Source: Leucoraja erinacea (lineage: Eukaryota). Taken from it: DNA of 64,000 nt. Location: the NCBI RefSeq assembly GCF_028641065.1, contig NC_073391.1, forward strand, positions 45,074,001-45,138,000, given 5' to 3'. The translations under genes were made by a program, and so were the position numbers. The notes below the pieces were generated by a model. That model saw nothing but the letters and a program-made list of their open reading frames with translations. It had not been told where the DNA came from and searched no databases. This document shows, in pieces, positions 1 to 13,226 of the stretch. Within the stretch, counting starts at the first letter, position 1. The number at the start of each line of letters is the position of its first letter.

Positions 1-654
1 ACTCTGCTGGTAAGGAGAACAATTCCGGGCTTTGAAGACCCCGAGTGTCGACTTGCCAGAATGTGCCAAAAGAACAGGTAATTCAATTATGAGAACAGAA
101 TGGATATTATGCGTTGTGTTTCCTTGTGATAAACTAAACAGGCATTGATGTGTTTAGAACAATTCAATTATTTGAGCAAAACACATGTTGCTGGAGTAAC
201 TCAGCGTGCTAGGGGACATCTTTGGAGGGATTCGACAGGTAACGTTTCGCGTCGAAACTCTCTTCCAACCCTTAGAGAAAAAGGCCGTAAGATATAGGAA
301 TCAGACAGGCCCCCTCACTGTCCATCTTCAAATCCAGTGTTAAAACACATTTGTACTCCCTGGCTTTTAACCATACCTGAGGCTTTGCTTCTGTTTGTGG
401 TGTTTTTGATGTTTCTTTATTTTACATGTCTTTTCCTACTATTTCTTTTGATTGTTATTTTTGGTGTGTATTAACTTTTTTGTCAATGATTAGTGATGTA
501 CTGCACTTTGTTGCAGCTATGTTTGTTTTTAAAGTGCTGTATAAATAAAATTATTATTATTATTATTAATTATTATTATAATTATGCCATTCGGTTCGTC
601 GAGGGTGCTCCTCCATTCGTGGTTGAACTGTGTTGCCCTTTCTATCTCTTACAA

Positions 655-815
655 ATAGCGGAGTTAGGGGATATGGGGAGAAGTCAGGAACGGCGAACTG
701 ATTGGGGATGATCAGCCATGATCACATTGAATGGCGGTGCTGTCTCGAAGGGCCAAATGGCCTACTCCTGAACCTATTGTCTATTGTCTATTGTCTATTG
801 TCTATTGTCTATTGC
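655..815 (+). mobile_element. CR1-type LINE 3' end with (TCTATTG)n tail
   Basis: gatcagccatgatcacattgaatggcgg...cctactcctg 3'UTR recurring throughout the window. Confidence 0.75.
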
Positions 816-1527
816 ATTCTGCTGCCTTCGCCCCGTAAACGTTCGCCCGTAATCTTCCACATAAGCTGCCTAACCCATTCAGTGACTCCAGCACTTGGCT
901 TTTTCAGCATCTGCAGTTCGTTATGTCTCCAATTAACGGATTTGATATGGAATACACGGATGAGTTATATCCTCTGATGGAAGATTGCGGAACTAAAGTC
1001 TCAATGCAAGGCTTAAATCGGCCCTTTAAGGAAGAAACTGCAGTGGTTCTTCGCGCGCAAAGGCGGTGGGGGAGTTGAGACTGTTGTCTAACTAACTGCT
1101 TTTGATCTCGGCCAATAAACATTTCGGAATCTTTTCTTGATAGACCTGTTAGGCAAGAGCGTTTGGTATCAGGAACAAGGGGGTTGCAGAGGGAGTATAG
1201 ATCTCACAAAGCCCAATTATTAGTTACGAGAATCGACAGCCGCAGTGCATCTTCCATGTTCCTCTTCCAGCAGTGGTCCCCAAACTGTGAAAAATCGGAT
1301 CATTCCAGCTGAGCGATCAATGTACGCAGATCCGGTTGATACTAAATTCAGTATGACCATATGATGCCCATTAGTGTACGGTTACGGAGGTAACACTGGG
1401 GAAGATGATAGCGATGCATAGGTAATAAGATGGAAACACCAACTTCTCTTAAATTAGTGTTTCCTTCCGAATGGCTGGATAGATTCGGCTTGTAAATCGC
1501 TGCCAATTTGACAAATTGAACATGCTC

Positions 1528-1937
1528 TAAGTTCAAGTTCAAGTTCAAGTGAGTTTATTGTCTTGTGTCCCTGATAGGACAATGAAATTCTTGCTTTGCT
1601 TCAGCACAACAGAACATAGTAGGCATTGACTACAAAACACATGAATAAATAAACTGATGAAGTTCAAATAACAGATAATGGGTTATTAATGTTCAGAGAT
1701 TTGTCCGAGCCAGGTTGAATAGCCTGATGGCTGTGGGGAAATAGCTATTCCTGAACCTGGTCGTTGCAGTCTTCAGGCTCCTGTACCTTCTACCCGAAGG
1801 TAGCAGGGTGATATGTTTGTAGCCACGATGGTATGGATCTTTGATGATACTGCCAGCCTTTTTGAGGCAGTGACTGCGATAAATCCCCTCGATGGAAGGA
1901 AGGTCAGAGCCGATGATGAACTGGGCAGTGTTTACTC
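1528..1937 (-). mobile_element. L2/Rex-like LINE 3' fragment with (TTGAAC)n tail
   Basis: Resembles the LPSGRRYRS-type C-terminal RT region seen at 60283-60400; AATAAA plus microsatellite tail on the minus strand. Confidence 0.6.
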
Positions 1938-2237
1938 CAGAGCGACAAACGCGTTTATGTTATTTGTTTATTTTATCAAATAGCAATATCCACTTCAGAC
2001 TCAATACATGTTGATCATCCCAATTCCACATCTACCGACAGATCCAAAACATGCTTAAATTGTGAGTGATTTTAAATGTGTTGCATTAATGCGACCTCCC
2101 TGGGCAGCCGGAACCTCTCAAATAACTCGGACGCCCTTCAGGTAGCGAAACTCTACATTTTACTAGATTACAAACGGCGTTTGACAAACTTTCTTCTGTG
2201 CCGTCTCATTTTTCCCATTTTCCCTTTTTTTCTGCAG

Positions 2238-3148
2238 CGAATTTAGTGACGGTCGGGATCCTGTCTCGCGGGAAATGCGGCCTCTCCAGATGCATCACTC
2301 TGTACTTGGTATCGATGTCGGTGACGGACTTCCTTGTCATCGTCACCGCCGTGATAATAAACCGGATATGTCGAATTTATTTCCCAGGCAGTTTCCTGGA
2401 CATCACCCCAGTCTGTAGTTTCACCAACGCGTTCACCTCTGCTGCCAGACTCACTTCCGTCTGGTTAACGGTGACTTTCACCTTTGACCGATTTGTAGCT
2501 ATTTCTTGTCAGAAGCTAAAAGCCAATTACTGCACAGAGAAAACGGCAACTGTGGTGATAGGAACCGTGTGCGCGATCGGATGTTTGATCAATATCCCTT
2601 GGTATTTTGTACACGAGCCGATCTATGTAATTGACGGCATTCCGTGGTATTGCAGACTGCGGGAGATCCGCCACACTTCGCCTGCATGGATAACATTTGT
2701 CTGGTTTGACAGAATTGCGACCCCATGTGTCCCGTTTCTCCTGATTTTGCTGCTCAACGCACTGACGGTCAGACAAATTCTGGTGGCCAGCAGAGCCCGT
2801 AAAAGACTCCGGGCCGAGAGCAACGTCGAGAATCAGAACGACGCGGAGATGGAGAGCCGAAGGAAATCCATAATTTTACTCTTTGCCATCTCCTGGAGTT
2901 TCATCCTCTTGTGGATGGCGTATGTTGTGCAGTTCCTGTATGTCCGCATCGCAAGCAACTACAAGATACAAAATAACGACCCCATATTTATTCTCCGGGA
3001 AGCCGGAAACATGCTTCAACTTCTGAGTTCTTGCACCAACACGTTCATCTACACAGCGATCCAGAGCAAATTTAGAGCAGAGTTCAATAAGTTGGCCAGA
3101 TATCCGTTCACAATGTTCAGCAAATTAATTTCAAAATCAAGAAACTAA
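2238..3148 (+). CDS. GPR139/GPR142-like orphan class A GPCR, gene 1, main coding exon (exon 1 not located; probably at or before the window start)
   Basis: Polypyrimidine tract plus CAG acceptor at 2235-2237; reads (A)NLVTVGIL...; 7TM pattern with TM3 FTFDRFVAI and TM7 NMLQLLSSCTNTFIY; stop TAA at 3146-3148. Confidence 0.9.
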
Positions 3149-3675
3149 AATCTGTTGAACTAATTTATTAATTTTTGAAACCAAGATATTCCCTAATAAG
3201 CATTGATCAGTCTTGAGATGGCAATCGATTGTTGTGCTTTGTTTAATCAAATCGCCAACAATTACTCTGTAAACAGAGGAATAATGCAGTTATTTGAGAT
3301 TGGTTTAGCCCACTCTTAAAGTTCGTGACGATACCGGATCGGTCTGGCAAATATCCTCACCTTTCAAATAACCTTCCATATCATTGCTGAAATATCCTAA
3401 TTATCCTAATAATTAAAATATCCGAATTACAGGGGTGTGGTGGCATGTGCTAGTTTTTAAAAATCTTATGAGCTTTCTCAACTAAATCAGAGCGAACAGC
3501 CCGCCGTTGGGAGACGAGAAGGGCACTTCACCGCCAAATGCCCAAATTGGAGTAGTGATGAAAAGATAGTGCTCCTTACAATCTTAACGCATACAACGCC
3601 ACTGCTCGTTTCGTAACATTTCAGCATCAGTCATGTTCATCCGCGTTTATACGCAGATGGAACTATTCTAGCATT

Positions 3676-4206
3676 AGAACATAGAAACATAGAAACATAG
3701 AAAATAGGTGCAGGAGTAGGCCATTCTGCCCTTCGAGCCTGCACCGCCATTCAATATGATCTTGGCTGTTCACCCAACTCAGTATCCTGTACCTGCCTTC
3801 TCTCCATACCCCCTGATCCCTTTGGCCACAAGGGCCACATCTAACTCCGTCTTAAATATAGCCGATGAACTGGCCTCAACTACATTCTGTGGCAGAGAAT
3901 TCCAGAGATTCACCACTCTGTGTAAAAAATGTTTTTCCCATCTCAGTCCTAAAATATTTCCCCTTTATCCTCAAACTGTGACCTCTTGTTCTGGACTTCC
4001 CCAACATCGGGAACATTCTTCCTGCATCTAGCCTGTCCAATCCCTTAAGAATTTTGTAAGTTTCTATAAGATCCCCCCTCAATCTTCTAAATTCTAGCGA
4101 GTACATGCCGAGTCTATCCAGCCTTTCTTCGTATGAAAGTCCTGACATCCCAGGAATCAGTCTGGTGAACCTTCTCTGTACTCTCTCTATGGCAAGAATG
4201 TCCTTC
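3676..4206 (-). mobile_element. CR1 (HER1-like) LINE 3' fragment
   Basis: Encodes ERVQRRFTRLIPG...RRLRGDLIETYK...RTRGH; (TTTCTATG)n tail. Confidence 0.9.
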
Positions 4207-5369
4207 GACGATAGCGAGTTATTGTTGTGGGTAACTTGTCCATCCCTGTAGAATTTTAGCAGCATTCCAATTTGTAGATGGTGTGAATTTAGCAATGCGT
4301 CGTCTGCTGCATTGTTGTACATTGAATGTTGAATAAAGACGTTACCATCCGTTGCTTGGTGACCAGATATTCTTCTCTTCGGAAGCTATAGATTTAGTCT
4401 AAGTGAAGCAAGTTTTCATGGTTTAGGATTCATGGCCATTATCCCCAAGCATGGTATCAATAGCGGGGTAAGATGTGGGAATTTCTGGAAACTCTAACAA
4501 TATTGGCCCAGTTCCTAGTATGCTTAACCCAAGAGCCATACATACTGGGGACGTATGATGGCAAAGTTGGTCAACATGAATAAGGCAACTTAAAGGTCAT
4601 GCTAGAATAGTTGTAAATGAATTAGGGATGTGTTTAGTTTGCAAGGTGTCGCTGATAGATGAAAGATAAATGTAGGACACTTGTAAAACAGGCTGAGGGC
4701 AATAGAATTGCTCATAAGATAGGAGGAGGCATTATATGACACCATTTACAAGTAGGGAGAAGGCTTTTACGGAAAGGGAAAGTCCCAACTGCCAAATAAA
4801 TAGAGGCGACTCCAACAGAGATAAAAACAAGTATGAAACACTGCAAAGAAAAGTGGATTATTAGTGAATTACAGTAAAAACAAAACGAATCCAACATGTA
4901 CCTGCCGTGACGCGGACACTACAAATTGTTGCAAGTGTTTTGAAGCAATTAAACACTTTGGGTCCTCTCAGAGTTCTTCCCAATGTAGACTATCAAGGCC
5001 GGAATAAACATACCTGTTTAAGCCACTCACCACCACCATATATGGTATTCTGTGTGTGCTGTCTCAATCCTCGACTTAATTAGGAGGGCGATTGAGCAGC
5101 ACGGAATCGCCTGATTCAGACGACAAGGTAAACATGGAAACATAGGAGGTAGGGGGAGTAGCGGGGGGCGGGCAGTACCGGTCGGCCCCCGGTGGTATGG
5201 GGGGACGGGATTGTTTCTCCTGTGCTTAGGGTGTGAAAAATTGTGCCCGAGGCCGCCGTTCGTTAGCAGCTGTACTTGGGATTGGGAACGAGTTCAAACT
5301 TAAAGAAGCGCAATAGTCTGGGAATTGTTTCTTGTGGGGGCCATGGGAGGATTCTAAAGCGAAAGGAGA

Positions 5370-5560
5370 ATGGTGACGCAGCTGGCAGAGCCAGTTCCTC
5401 GCCGCGCCAGAGACTCGGGTTGGATCTTGACCTCGGGTGCTGCTTGTGTGGAGTTTCCATGATCACCCTGTGACCACGTGGTTTCCGCCAAGTGTTCCAG
5501 TTTCCCCCCACATCGTAAAGCCGAGCGGGGTTGTAGGATAAGTGGCCTCTGCAAGTTGTC
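5370..5560 (+). mobile_element. tRNA-derived (HE1-like) SINE
   Basis: A/B-box-like head, then tgtgtggagttt...gtttcccccca core shared with copies at ~9010, 17545, 35190, 47335, 51955, 58890 and 63540. Confidence 0.65.
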
Positions 5561-5808
5561 CCCAATAACATATAACATATAACATATAACAATTACAGCA
5601 CGGAAACAGGCCATCTCGGCCCTACAAGTCCGTGCCGAACAAATGTTTTTTCCCCTTAGTCCCACCTGCCTGCACTCATACCACAACCCTCCATTCCCTT
5701 CTCATCCATATGCCTATCCTAATGTGAAGGGAGTAGACAATAGACAATAAACAATAGACAATAGATGCAGGAGTAGGTCATACGGCCCTTCAAGCCAGCA
5801 CCGCCATT

Positions 5809-6688
5809 CAATACAATACAATACAAATTTATTGTCATTTGAGCCCCAGTGAGACTCAAACGAAATGTTGTTTCCACAGCCATACAAACAAAGACAATGT
5901 CCTACAGACATACACACAATTAAATTCACACAAACATCCATCACAGTGAACCCAGTGTGATGGAAGGCAAAAGTCTTTTCTCTCCCCTGCTCTCAATTTC
6001 TCTCCCGATGTCCAGGCCCCCAGGCGGGTGATGATAAGTCCCACGGCCATTTTAGGCCGCGCGGGGCGATTTACGGCCCCGCTCCCGGTCTGAAAGTACA
6101 AGGTTGGAACCCCCACGGGCGATGGTGAGTCCCACGGCCATGAAGCCGCGCCAGGTGATGTACGGTCCCGGTCCGGGTTGTTCCAACCCCGCGATACGGG
6201 CTGGAGAAGTCGCGTTGCGGGAGCTCCGGGAAGCGGTCTCTCTCTCCCCCCGGACCCGCGAGCTCCCGATGTCCCAGTCCACCGGACCTGCGGCTGCGTT
6301 GCTGGAGCCTCCGGGCCCCAGGAGTCGAGTCGCAGGAGTCGCGTTGCAGCAGCGAGTCACCACCGCTCCCCACGCTCCGAGGCCGGCCAGCCCCACGATG
6401 GTGAGTAGTCCGCAGCTCCGCAGTCTCCCGAGCCCCCGGGTCATTCAGGTTGGAGGCCGCTCCACGGTGCTAGGCCCCAACGACAACGGAGACCCGACAG
6501 GGAAAAGGTCGGGTCTCCCGGACAGGGAAGAGATTTAAACAGTTTCCCCCCCCCCCGCCCGCCCCCCACATGTACACATTTAAAAACACTATTAAAAAAC
6601 ACCAAACACTACATTTAACTAGACAAAAAAGAAAAAAAAGACAGACAGGCTGTAGGGGCCGCTGCAACGGGTGAGTCGCGCCGCCAAC
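5809..6688 (-). mobile_element. GC/CpG-rich non-autonomous retroelement with L2-type (TTGTA)n tail, inserted in a CR1 3'UTR
   Basis: CR1 sequence cgccattcaat|gtgatcatgg is split around it; related pieces at 8005-8390, 56255-56670 and ~63890-64000. Confidence 0.55.
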
Positions 6689-8003
6689 AATGTGATCATG
6701 GCTGATCATCCACAATCAGTACTCGGTTCCAGCCTTCTCCCCATATCCCCTCACTCCGCTATCTTCAAGAGCGCGATCTAACTCACCTTTGAAAGCTTCC
6801 AGAGAACCGTCCTCCGCCGCCCTTTGAAACAGAGAATTCCACAGACTCACAACACAGAGAGTGAGAAAGTGTTTCCTCATCTTCGTTCTAAATGTCTGAC
6901 CCCTTATTCTTAAACTGTGGCCCTTGGTCCTGGACTCCCCAACATCGGAAACATGTTTCCGTCCTCTAGCGTATCCAACCCCTTAATAATCTTATATGTT
7001 TCAATAAGATCTCCTCTCATCCTAAATTCCAGCGTATACAAGCCCAGCCACTCCATTCACTCAGCATACAACAGTCCCGCCATCCCGGGAATTAACATTG
7101 TGAACCTACGCTGCACTCCCTCAATACTCTAGGTGTGGTCTCACTGAAGCCCCGTACAACTGCAGAAGGGCCTCTTTGCTCCTATCCTCAACTCCTCTTA
7201 TTATGAAGGTCAACATGCAATTCGCTTTCTTCACTGCCTACTGTACCTGCATGCTTACTTTCATAGACTGATGAACAAGCCCCCCCCCCCCCCCCCCCCA
7301 GATCCCGTTGTACTTCCCCTTTTCCAAACTTGACAACATTTAGATATTAATCTTCCTTCCTGTTTTGCCTGCAAAAGTGAATAACCTCACATTTATCCAC
7401 ATTAAAATGCATCTGCCCTGCATCTGCTCACTCACCCAACCTGCCCAAGTCACCCTGCATTCTCATAGCATCCTCCTCACAGTTCACATTGCCACCCTGC
7501 TTTGTGTCGTCTGCAAATTTGCTAATGTTTCTTGTAATCCCTTCTTCTAAACCATTAATATATATTGTAAATAGCTGCGGGCCCAGCACCGAGCCTTGCG
7601 GTACCCCACCAGTCACTACCTGCCATTCTGAAAGGTATATGTTAATCCCTACTCTTTGTTTCCCGTCTCAACCAATTTTCTATCCATGTCAGCCCCCAAT
7701 ACCATCTGCCCTAATTTTACCCACTAATCTCCTATGTGGGACATTATCAAATGCCTTCTGAAAGTCCAGGTACACTAAAGCCACTGGTTCTCCCTTGCCC
7801 ATTTTCTTAGTTACATCCTCAAAAAGTCCCAGAAGAATAGTCAAGGATGATTTTCCCTTCGTAAATCCATGCTGACTCGAACAGATCCTGTTACTGCTAT
7901 CCAAATGTGCCGCTATTTCATATTTTATGATTGACTCCAGCATCTTCCCCACCACCGATGTCAGGCGAACTGGTCTATAATTCCCTGTTTTCTCTCTCCC
8001 TTT
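6689..8003 (-). mobile_element. CR1 LINE ORF2 (RT) fragment, degenerate
   Basis: NYRPVRLTSVVGK, QHGF, VYLDFQKAFD, GVPQGSVLGP and KFADDTK motifs. Confidence 0.9.
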
Positions 8004-9589
8004 TCGGCTGGTGAACCTTCCGCGACGTTGGGGCTCCCGACTCGGCCTCACCGGAGACTGCGAGCACTTGATGTTGATTCGCGGTGGTCAGGGTGGGAGC
8101 GATCCCCGGCAAGTGGTGGGGCTCACGACCGCGGTGGGCCTCACGACTGTCCGAGGAGGCTTTCAGCTCCATCGATGGTAGGCCGCAGAGCCCGGAGAAT
8201 GTGATCCGAAAAATAATCTGACATCTCCGGGAAGGTAAGAGCTTGAAGGAAAGTCCCCCCCAACACACACACATAAAACAAACCGAAGAACATTAAAACA
8301 AAACTTTTAACAAACTAAAAAATAACAAAAAGAGTGAAAAAGACGAACAGACTGCCGGCAGGGCTGCCATCTCCCCGGCGCCCCTGGTAGTCATATGTCC
8401 AAGGGTCCAATTTTGGTTTTAACTAGTTTTTTCCTCTTCACATACCTAAAGAAAGTTGCCAAACGTAGAACTAGCATGGGCGGATAATCGATGGATGACG
8501 AGGACTCGGTGGGCTTGTCTCCATGTTGTATTTCTAAATTAAACTAAAGAAGGGCAAGAATCGGAGACCTGAACTTCTGACAGCGCCAAAGTGCGACCGG
8601 AATTAAATCAACCAAAATCCTGAACGTCGGATCAGGCTCGACTGGTCCTCTGGAGTCCACCTACGCTAGTTTCTAAAGGAATATGTACATCCGTGGTATC
8701 TCTTGCCGTGTGACCATCCCAGTTACTCATCACATTATCATTTCCAGCAGTTATCAGTGCGCTACATTCTGTAATTCGATTCCTGGATCGTTCTAAAGTC
8801 TGGTTCACCTCTCCCGAAAATCACTCTTTCAAACGAACCACTTTCCCTTAATTTTTCGGCTTTGGGATCATCAACATATTTCTTGTTGTTCCATTCCGCA
8901 CATTACAATGGCATCGCTATACTAATGACCGTGCAGAAACTCAGTGTGTACTGGCGAATGTTTAGAAAGGAAGACAGCATAGTCCACGCTTCCCATCGAT
9001 CACCCTTCCACACTAGCACTAGGGACAATTTTACAGAGACTGCATCGCCGACAATCCCTCGCGTCTGTCGGATGTGGGGGGAAACCAGTGAACCCCGAGG
9101 AAACTCACGCGGTCACTGGGAGAAAGCGCTGATTCCACGCTGACAGCACCCGAGGTCAGGATGGAACCCGGGACTCTGGCGCTGACAAGCAGCGGCTCTA
9201 TCAGCTGCGCTGCTCGTATCAACCAGCAGCTGATGCTTGTACTGAATCTGAAAGGTATCATGTGCATTGTCTTTTGGTGCATACATTATGTAAACTGTGC
9301 ATAGCAAACCGTTGTGTAGAAAGGAACCGCAGATGCTGGTTTATACCGAAGATACGCACAAAATGGTGGAGCAACTCAGCGGGTTAGGCAGCATCTCTAG
9401 AGAAAAAAGGGATGGGTGACGTTTCGGGTTGGTTTGCGTGTGTTGAGGTTTGCTGTGTTTGGCAACTCCATACATTCGGTGAACATTATGCTTATTTTAG
9501 AAGACTCCGGACAACATTTAAACAATTAGCATTCAAAGTGAAACTCCGGGTTTCGTGAGGACATCCATAGATTCAACATTGCTTTCATA

Positions 9590-10050
9590 TAACCATATAA
9601 CCATATAACCATATAACCATATAACCATATAACAATTACAGCACGGAAACAGGCCATCTCGACCCTTCTAGTCCGTGCCGAACACGTATTCTCCCCTAGT
9701 CCCATATACCTGCGCTCAGACCATAACCTCCCATTCCCTTCCCGTCCATATAACTATCCAATTTATTTTTAAATGATAAAAACGAACCTGCCTCCACCAC
9801 CGTCACTGGAAGCTCATTCCACACAGCCACCACTCTCTGAGTAAAGAAGTTCCCCCTCATGTTACCCCTAAACTTCAGTCCCTTAATGCACATGTCATGT
9901 CCCCTTGTTTGAATCTTCCCTACTCTCAGTGGGAAAAGCTTTTCCACGTCAACTCTGTCTATCCCTCTCATCATTTTAAAAACCTCTATCAAGTCCCCCC
10001 TTAACCTTCTGCGCTCCAAAGAATAAAGCCCTAACTTGTTCAACCTTTCC
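9590..10050 (-). mobile_element. CR1 LINE 3' fragment (second subfamily, (GGTTATAT)n tail)
   Basis: LGLYSLERRRLRGDLIEVFK...TRGH...FFTQRVV. Confidence 0.88.
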
Positions 10051-10782
10051 TCACAGCTACGAATAAAAGTTTATTCAGTCAATAATTTGCATATCTCGTG
10101 GTTACTGCTTTACATAATAAAAACTGTTATACCTTGGTTAACAGCGCCATCAGATCTGCCCCCTCCATCGACTCCTTTAAGTCTAGACTAAAAGATTATC
10201 TGTTCTCCCAAGCCTTTCCTGACGTCCTCTGAGCGAGGGCTATTTGTATATATGTATGTAGCTTGCTTGTGTATACTATTCTTATAATAAATGTAAAGCA
10301 CTTTGGTCAACGAGAGTTGTTTTTTAAATGTGCTATATAAATAAATGTGACTTGATTTGAATGTGACTTATCATGTGGGCCACCGCTTCGATCGGGAGAT
10401 TAGCGGGGGTATTCCAGTTACAAAAAGGACGGACTGTATATATATTTTGCCATCTTGTCGAAATTATTTTTAACTCGTAAAAATGCACACCGACGTCACT
10501 CTGATTCGTGTTCTGTGCCAGTGTCTCTGATACATGAAATAACAGGTGACGTTTCGGGTCGCCACCTTGCTGATACATGACGTTTCGGGTTTGATTCATT
10601 TGTCTGGCAGATTGGCTTGATCTTTCGCAGCCATTATGCATCCAGGCTAGAGGGCGGTCCTTAACTATAACGAAGCTCCTCAGAAATGAATCTTGAACAT
10701 GTCCCAATCCTTCCGTATCCCAAGAGTGTAAGAACAATCCAGTCACCTGCTTATTAAACACGGGAAACAGTATTATTAGAAC

Positions 10783-10818
10783 TAATTTCCTCTCTGTGGA
10801 TTTCAATGGGCTATATCA
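10783..10818 (+). promoter_or_regulatory. Putative core promoter of gene 2: TAATTT-NN-TCTCTGTGGA followed by TATA-like
   Basis: Same motif order and spacing as in paralogs; ~80-113 nt upstream of ATG. Confidence 0.45.
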
Positions 10819-10895
10819 GAGTGCTTCTTAAAACGTCGGGAGCACAGTTTGCCCGATCCACTGACGCTTGGAGAGACTATCGCTTCCCGTGAAAA

Positions 10896-10965
10896 ATGCA
10901 CGGCCGAATAAGTGGCCCAGTTTATGCTGTTTACTACCCAATGCTTGCAGCACTTGGAGTTCCAG
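10896..10965 (+). CDS. GPR139-like GPCR gene 2, exon 1 (MHGRISGPVYAVYYPMLAALGVP + 1 nt)
   Basis: ATG at 10896, 70-nt exon, donor CAG|GTGAGT; phase 1 matches the acceptor at 13227; YYxxLxxxGxP resembles the GPR139 TM1 start. Confidence 0.9.
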
Positions 10966-11164
10966 GTGAGTCGCACCGTCTAACCAAATGTATTTAATGA
11001 GCTAAACACGAAGTGCTGGAGGAACCCCGTGTAACAGACCATCTGCCCATTCCCTCCACAGATGCTACCTGACCCGTTGAGTTTTTCCATGAAATTGTGT
11101 CTTGCTCCAGATCATGGCCTCACTGTTTAATGGGTTCTATTAAAATGGTTAACGGGTTAGCTCA

Positions 11165-11840
11165 TTCATAGAAAGATAGACAACGTAGACAAATGGGTAC
11201 ACGAGTAGGTCATTCGGTCCATCGAGCTCGCAGCGCCATTCAATATGACCATGTCTAATCATCTAAAATCAGTACCCCGTTCCTGCTTTTTCCCCCATAT
11301 CCCTCAATCCATTTAGCCCTGAGCTATATTTACCTCTCTCTTGAAAACATTAAGTGAATTGGCCTCCACCGCCCTCTGTGGCAGAGAATTCCACAGATTC
11401 ACAACTGTGGGAAAAAGCATTTCATCACCTCAGTCCAAAATCGCCTGCCCTTATTCTTAAACTGTGACCACTGGTTCTGGACTTCCTCCAACATCGGGAA
11501 TGTTTTCCTGCATCTAACCTGCCCAATCTTTTAAGAATGTTACATGTTTCTATGCGACCCCCTCTCATCTTTCTAAATTCAAGTGAACACAAGCTCAGTC
11601 GACCCATTCTTTCATCATATGTCAGTCCCGCCATCCCGGGAATTATCCTGGTGAACCTACGCTGCACTCCCTCAATAGCAATAATGTCCTTCCTCAAATT
11701 AGGAGACCAAAATTGAACACAATACTCCAGGTGCGGACCTCCTTGCTCCTAAACTCAAATCCTCTCGCAATGAAGACCAAAATACCATTAGCTTTCTTCA
11801 CTGCCTGCTGTACCTGCGTGCTTAATTTCAGTGATGTACA
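11165..11840 (-). mobile_element. CR1 LINE 3' fragment in the gene 2 intron
   Basis: KDIIAIEGVQRRFTR ORF remnant. Confidence 0.85.
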
Positions 11841-12273
11841 AGGATGATTCCATGTGTGCTCTCATACATATTAGAGGCCAATCGAAATATCTATTGACAA
11901 CTTTTTTTTCATGCTATCCAAGTTTGCACATTTATATCTCACTTGTCCGTAACTAATCAATGGCAACATAGCACGGGGAGAACGGCGATGGTGAATTTAA
12001 GCACCATATGTATCCTCAGTTGTTCAAAAAAAAATCCCGCTTTACTTCACGTGGGAGTCTCTGTACACCATTAATAACGTCGCCTGGCATATGGAAATAA
12101 GTATGAGGTGTTGCACTTTGAGAAGTCAAATGTAGCAGGAAAATAAATAAATAATTGCGTGAGCTTTAACAGGAATGTACAGATGAATTTTGGGGCGCAA
12201 GTTAATAGTCCCCGAAAATATCAACACAAGTCGATAGAGAGGCTTGTTTTCATAGATCGGTGCATTGAGAATA

Positions 12274-13090
12274 AACATAGAAACATAGAAACATAGAAAA
12301 TAGGTGCAAGGGTAGGCCATTTGGCCCCTCGAGCCTGCACCGCCATTCAATATCATCATGGCTGATCATCCAACTCAGTATCCCGTACCTGCCTTTTCTC
12401 CATACCCCCTGATCCCTTTAGCCACAAGGGCCACATCTAACTCCCACTTAAATACAGCCAATGAACTGGCCTCAACCACATTCTGTGGCAGAGAATTCCA
12501 GAGATTCACCGCTCTCTGTGTAAAACATGTTTTTCTCATCTCGGTCCTAAAAGATTCCCCCTTATCCTTAAACTGTGACCCCTTGTTCTGGACTTCCCCA
12601 ACATCGGGAACAATCTTCCTGCGTCTAGCCTGCCCAACCTCTTAAGAATTTTGTAAGTTTCTATCTTCTAAATTCTACCGAGTCAATAAGAGTAAGGAAT
12701 TCATGATGCAGATTTATAATACTTTGGCTCGGCCACATTTGAAGTATCACGTGTAGTTTTGATCGCCCCAGTGCACCAAATGTGCGGAGACTTTGGAAAG
12801 GGTGCAGAGGAGGTCTAGCAGAATGATACATGCATTGGTGTGTATTGCCTTAAGTGAACGATTAGACAAACTTGGATTGGTTTCCCCGGAACGACTGGCT
12901 TTAAGTGGAGACCTGATAAGATTTATGAGAGGTATAGATAATAACATATTCCCAGGATGGGGAAAAATACTAAAGGACACAACCTTAAGGTGAGAGGGGC
13001 AAAGTTTAAAGGGGATGTGCGGAATATGTTTTTTTTTTACACAGAACGCGGTGAGCGCCTGGAACGCGCTGCCTGGGAGTTGAGGCATAT
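12274..13090. mobile_element. Two CR1 fragments (minus 12274-12682; older plus-strand copy 12685-13090)
   Basis: CR1 3'UTR and tail; ERVQRR...LGLVS remnant. Confidence 0.8.
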
Positions 13091-13226
13091 ACGATCCAAA
13101 CACTAATCACTGCTTGTTGTCCTTTCGGGCTGCGCGAACTGATAAAGTTGAAAGACAACATGGCAATGCTCGACTCAATGTAAATTTGTATCCCCAAATT
13201 CCTAATTTCATATGCCTTTTTCACAG

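Noticed and set aside
1-15. CTG|GTAAGG as the donor of gene 1 exon 1 (would give a ~2.2-kb intron like paralogs)
   Set aside because: Only 9 upstream bases are visible and they do not match the VP-G| ending well; left unassigned
2198-2237. ORF-track N-terminal extensions of the receptors (also 34008, 48726, 61578)
   Set aside because: Intronic pyrimidine tract or N-gap read-through; paralogs show the true start is in a separate exon 1
3756-4031. Many repeated MIMADHPTQYPVPAFSPYPLIPL ORFs
   Set aside because: Antisense reading of the CR1 3' end
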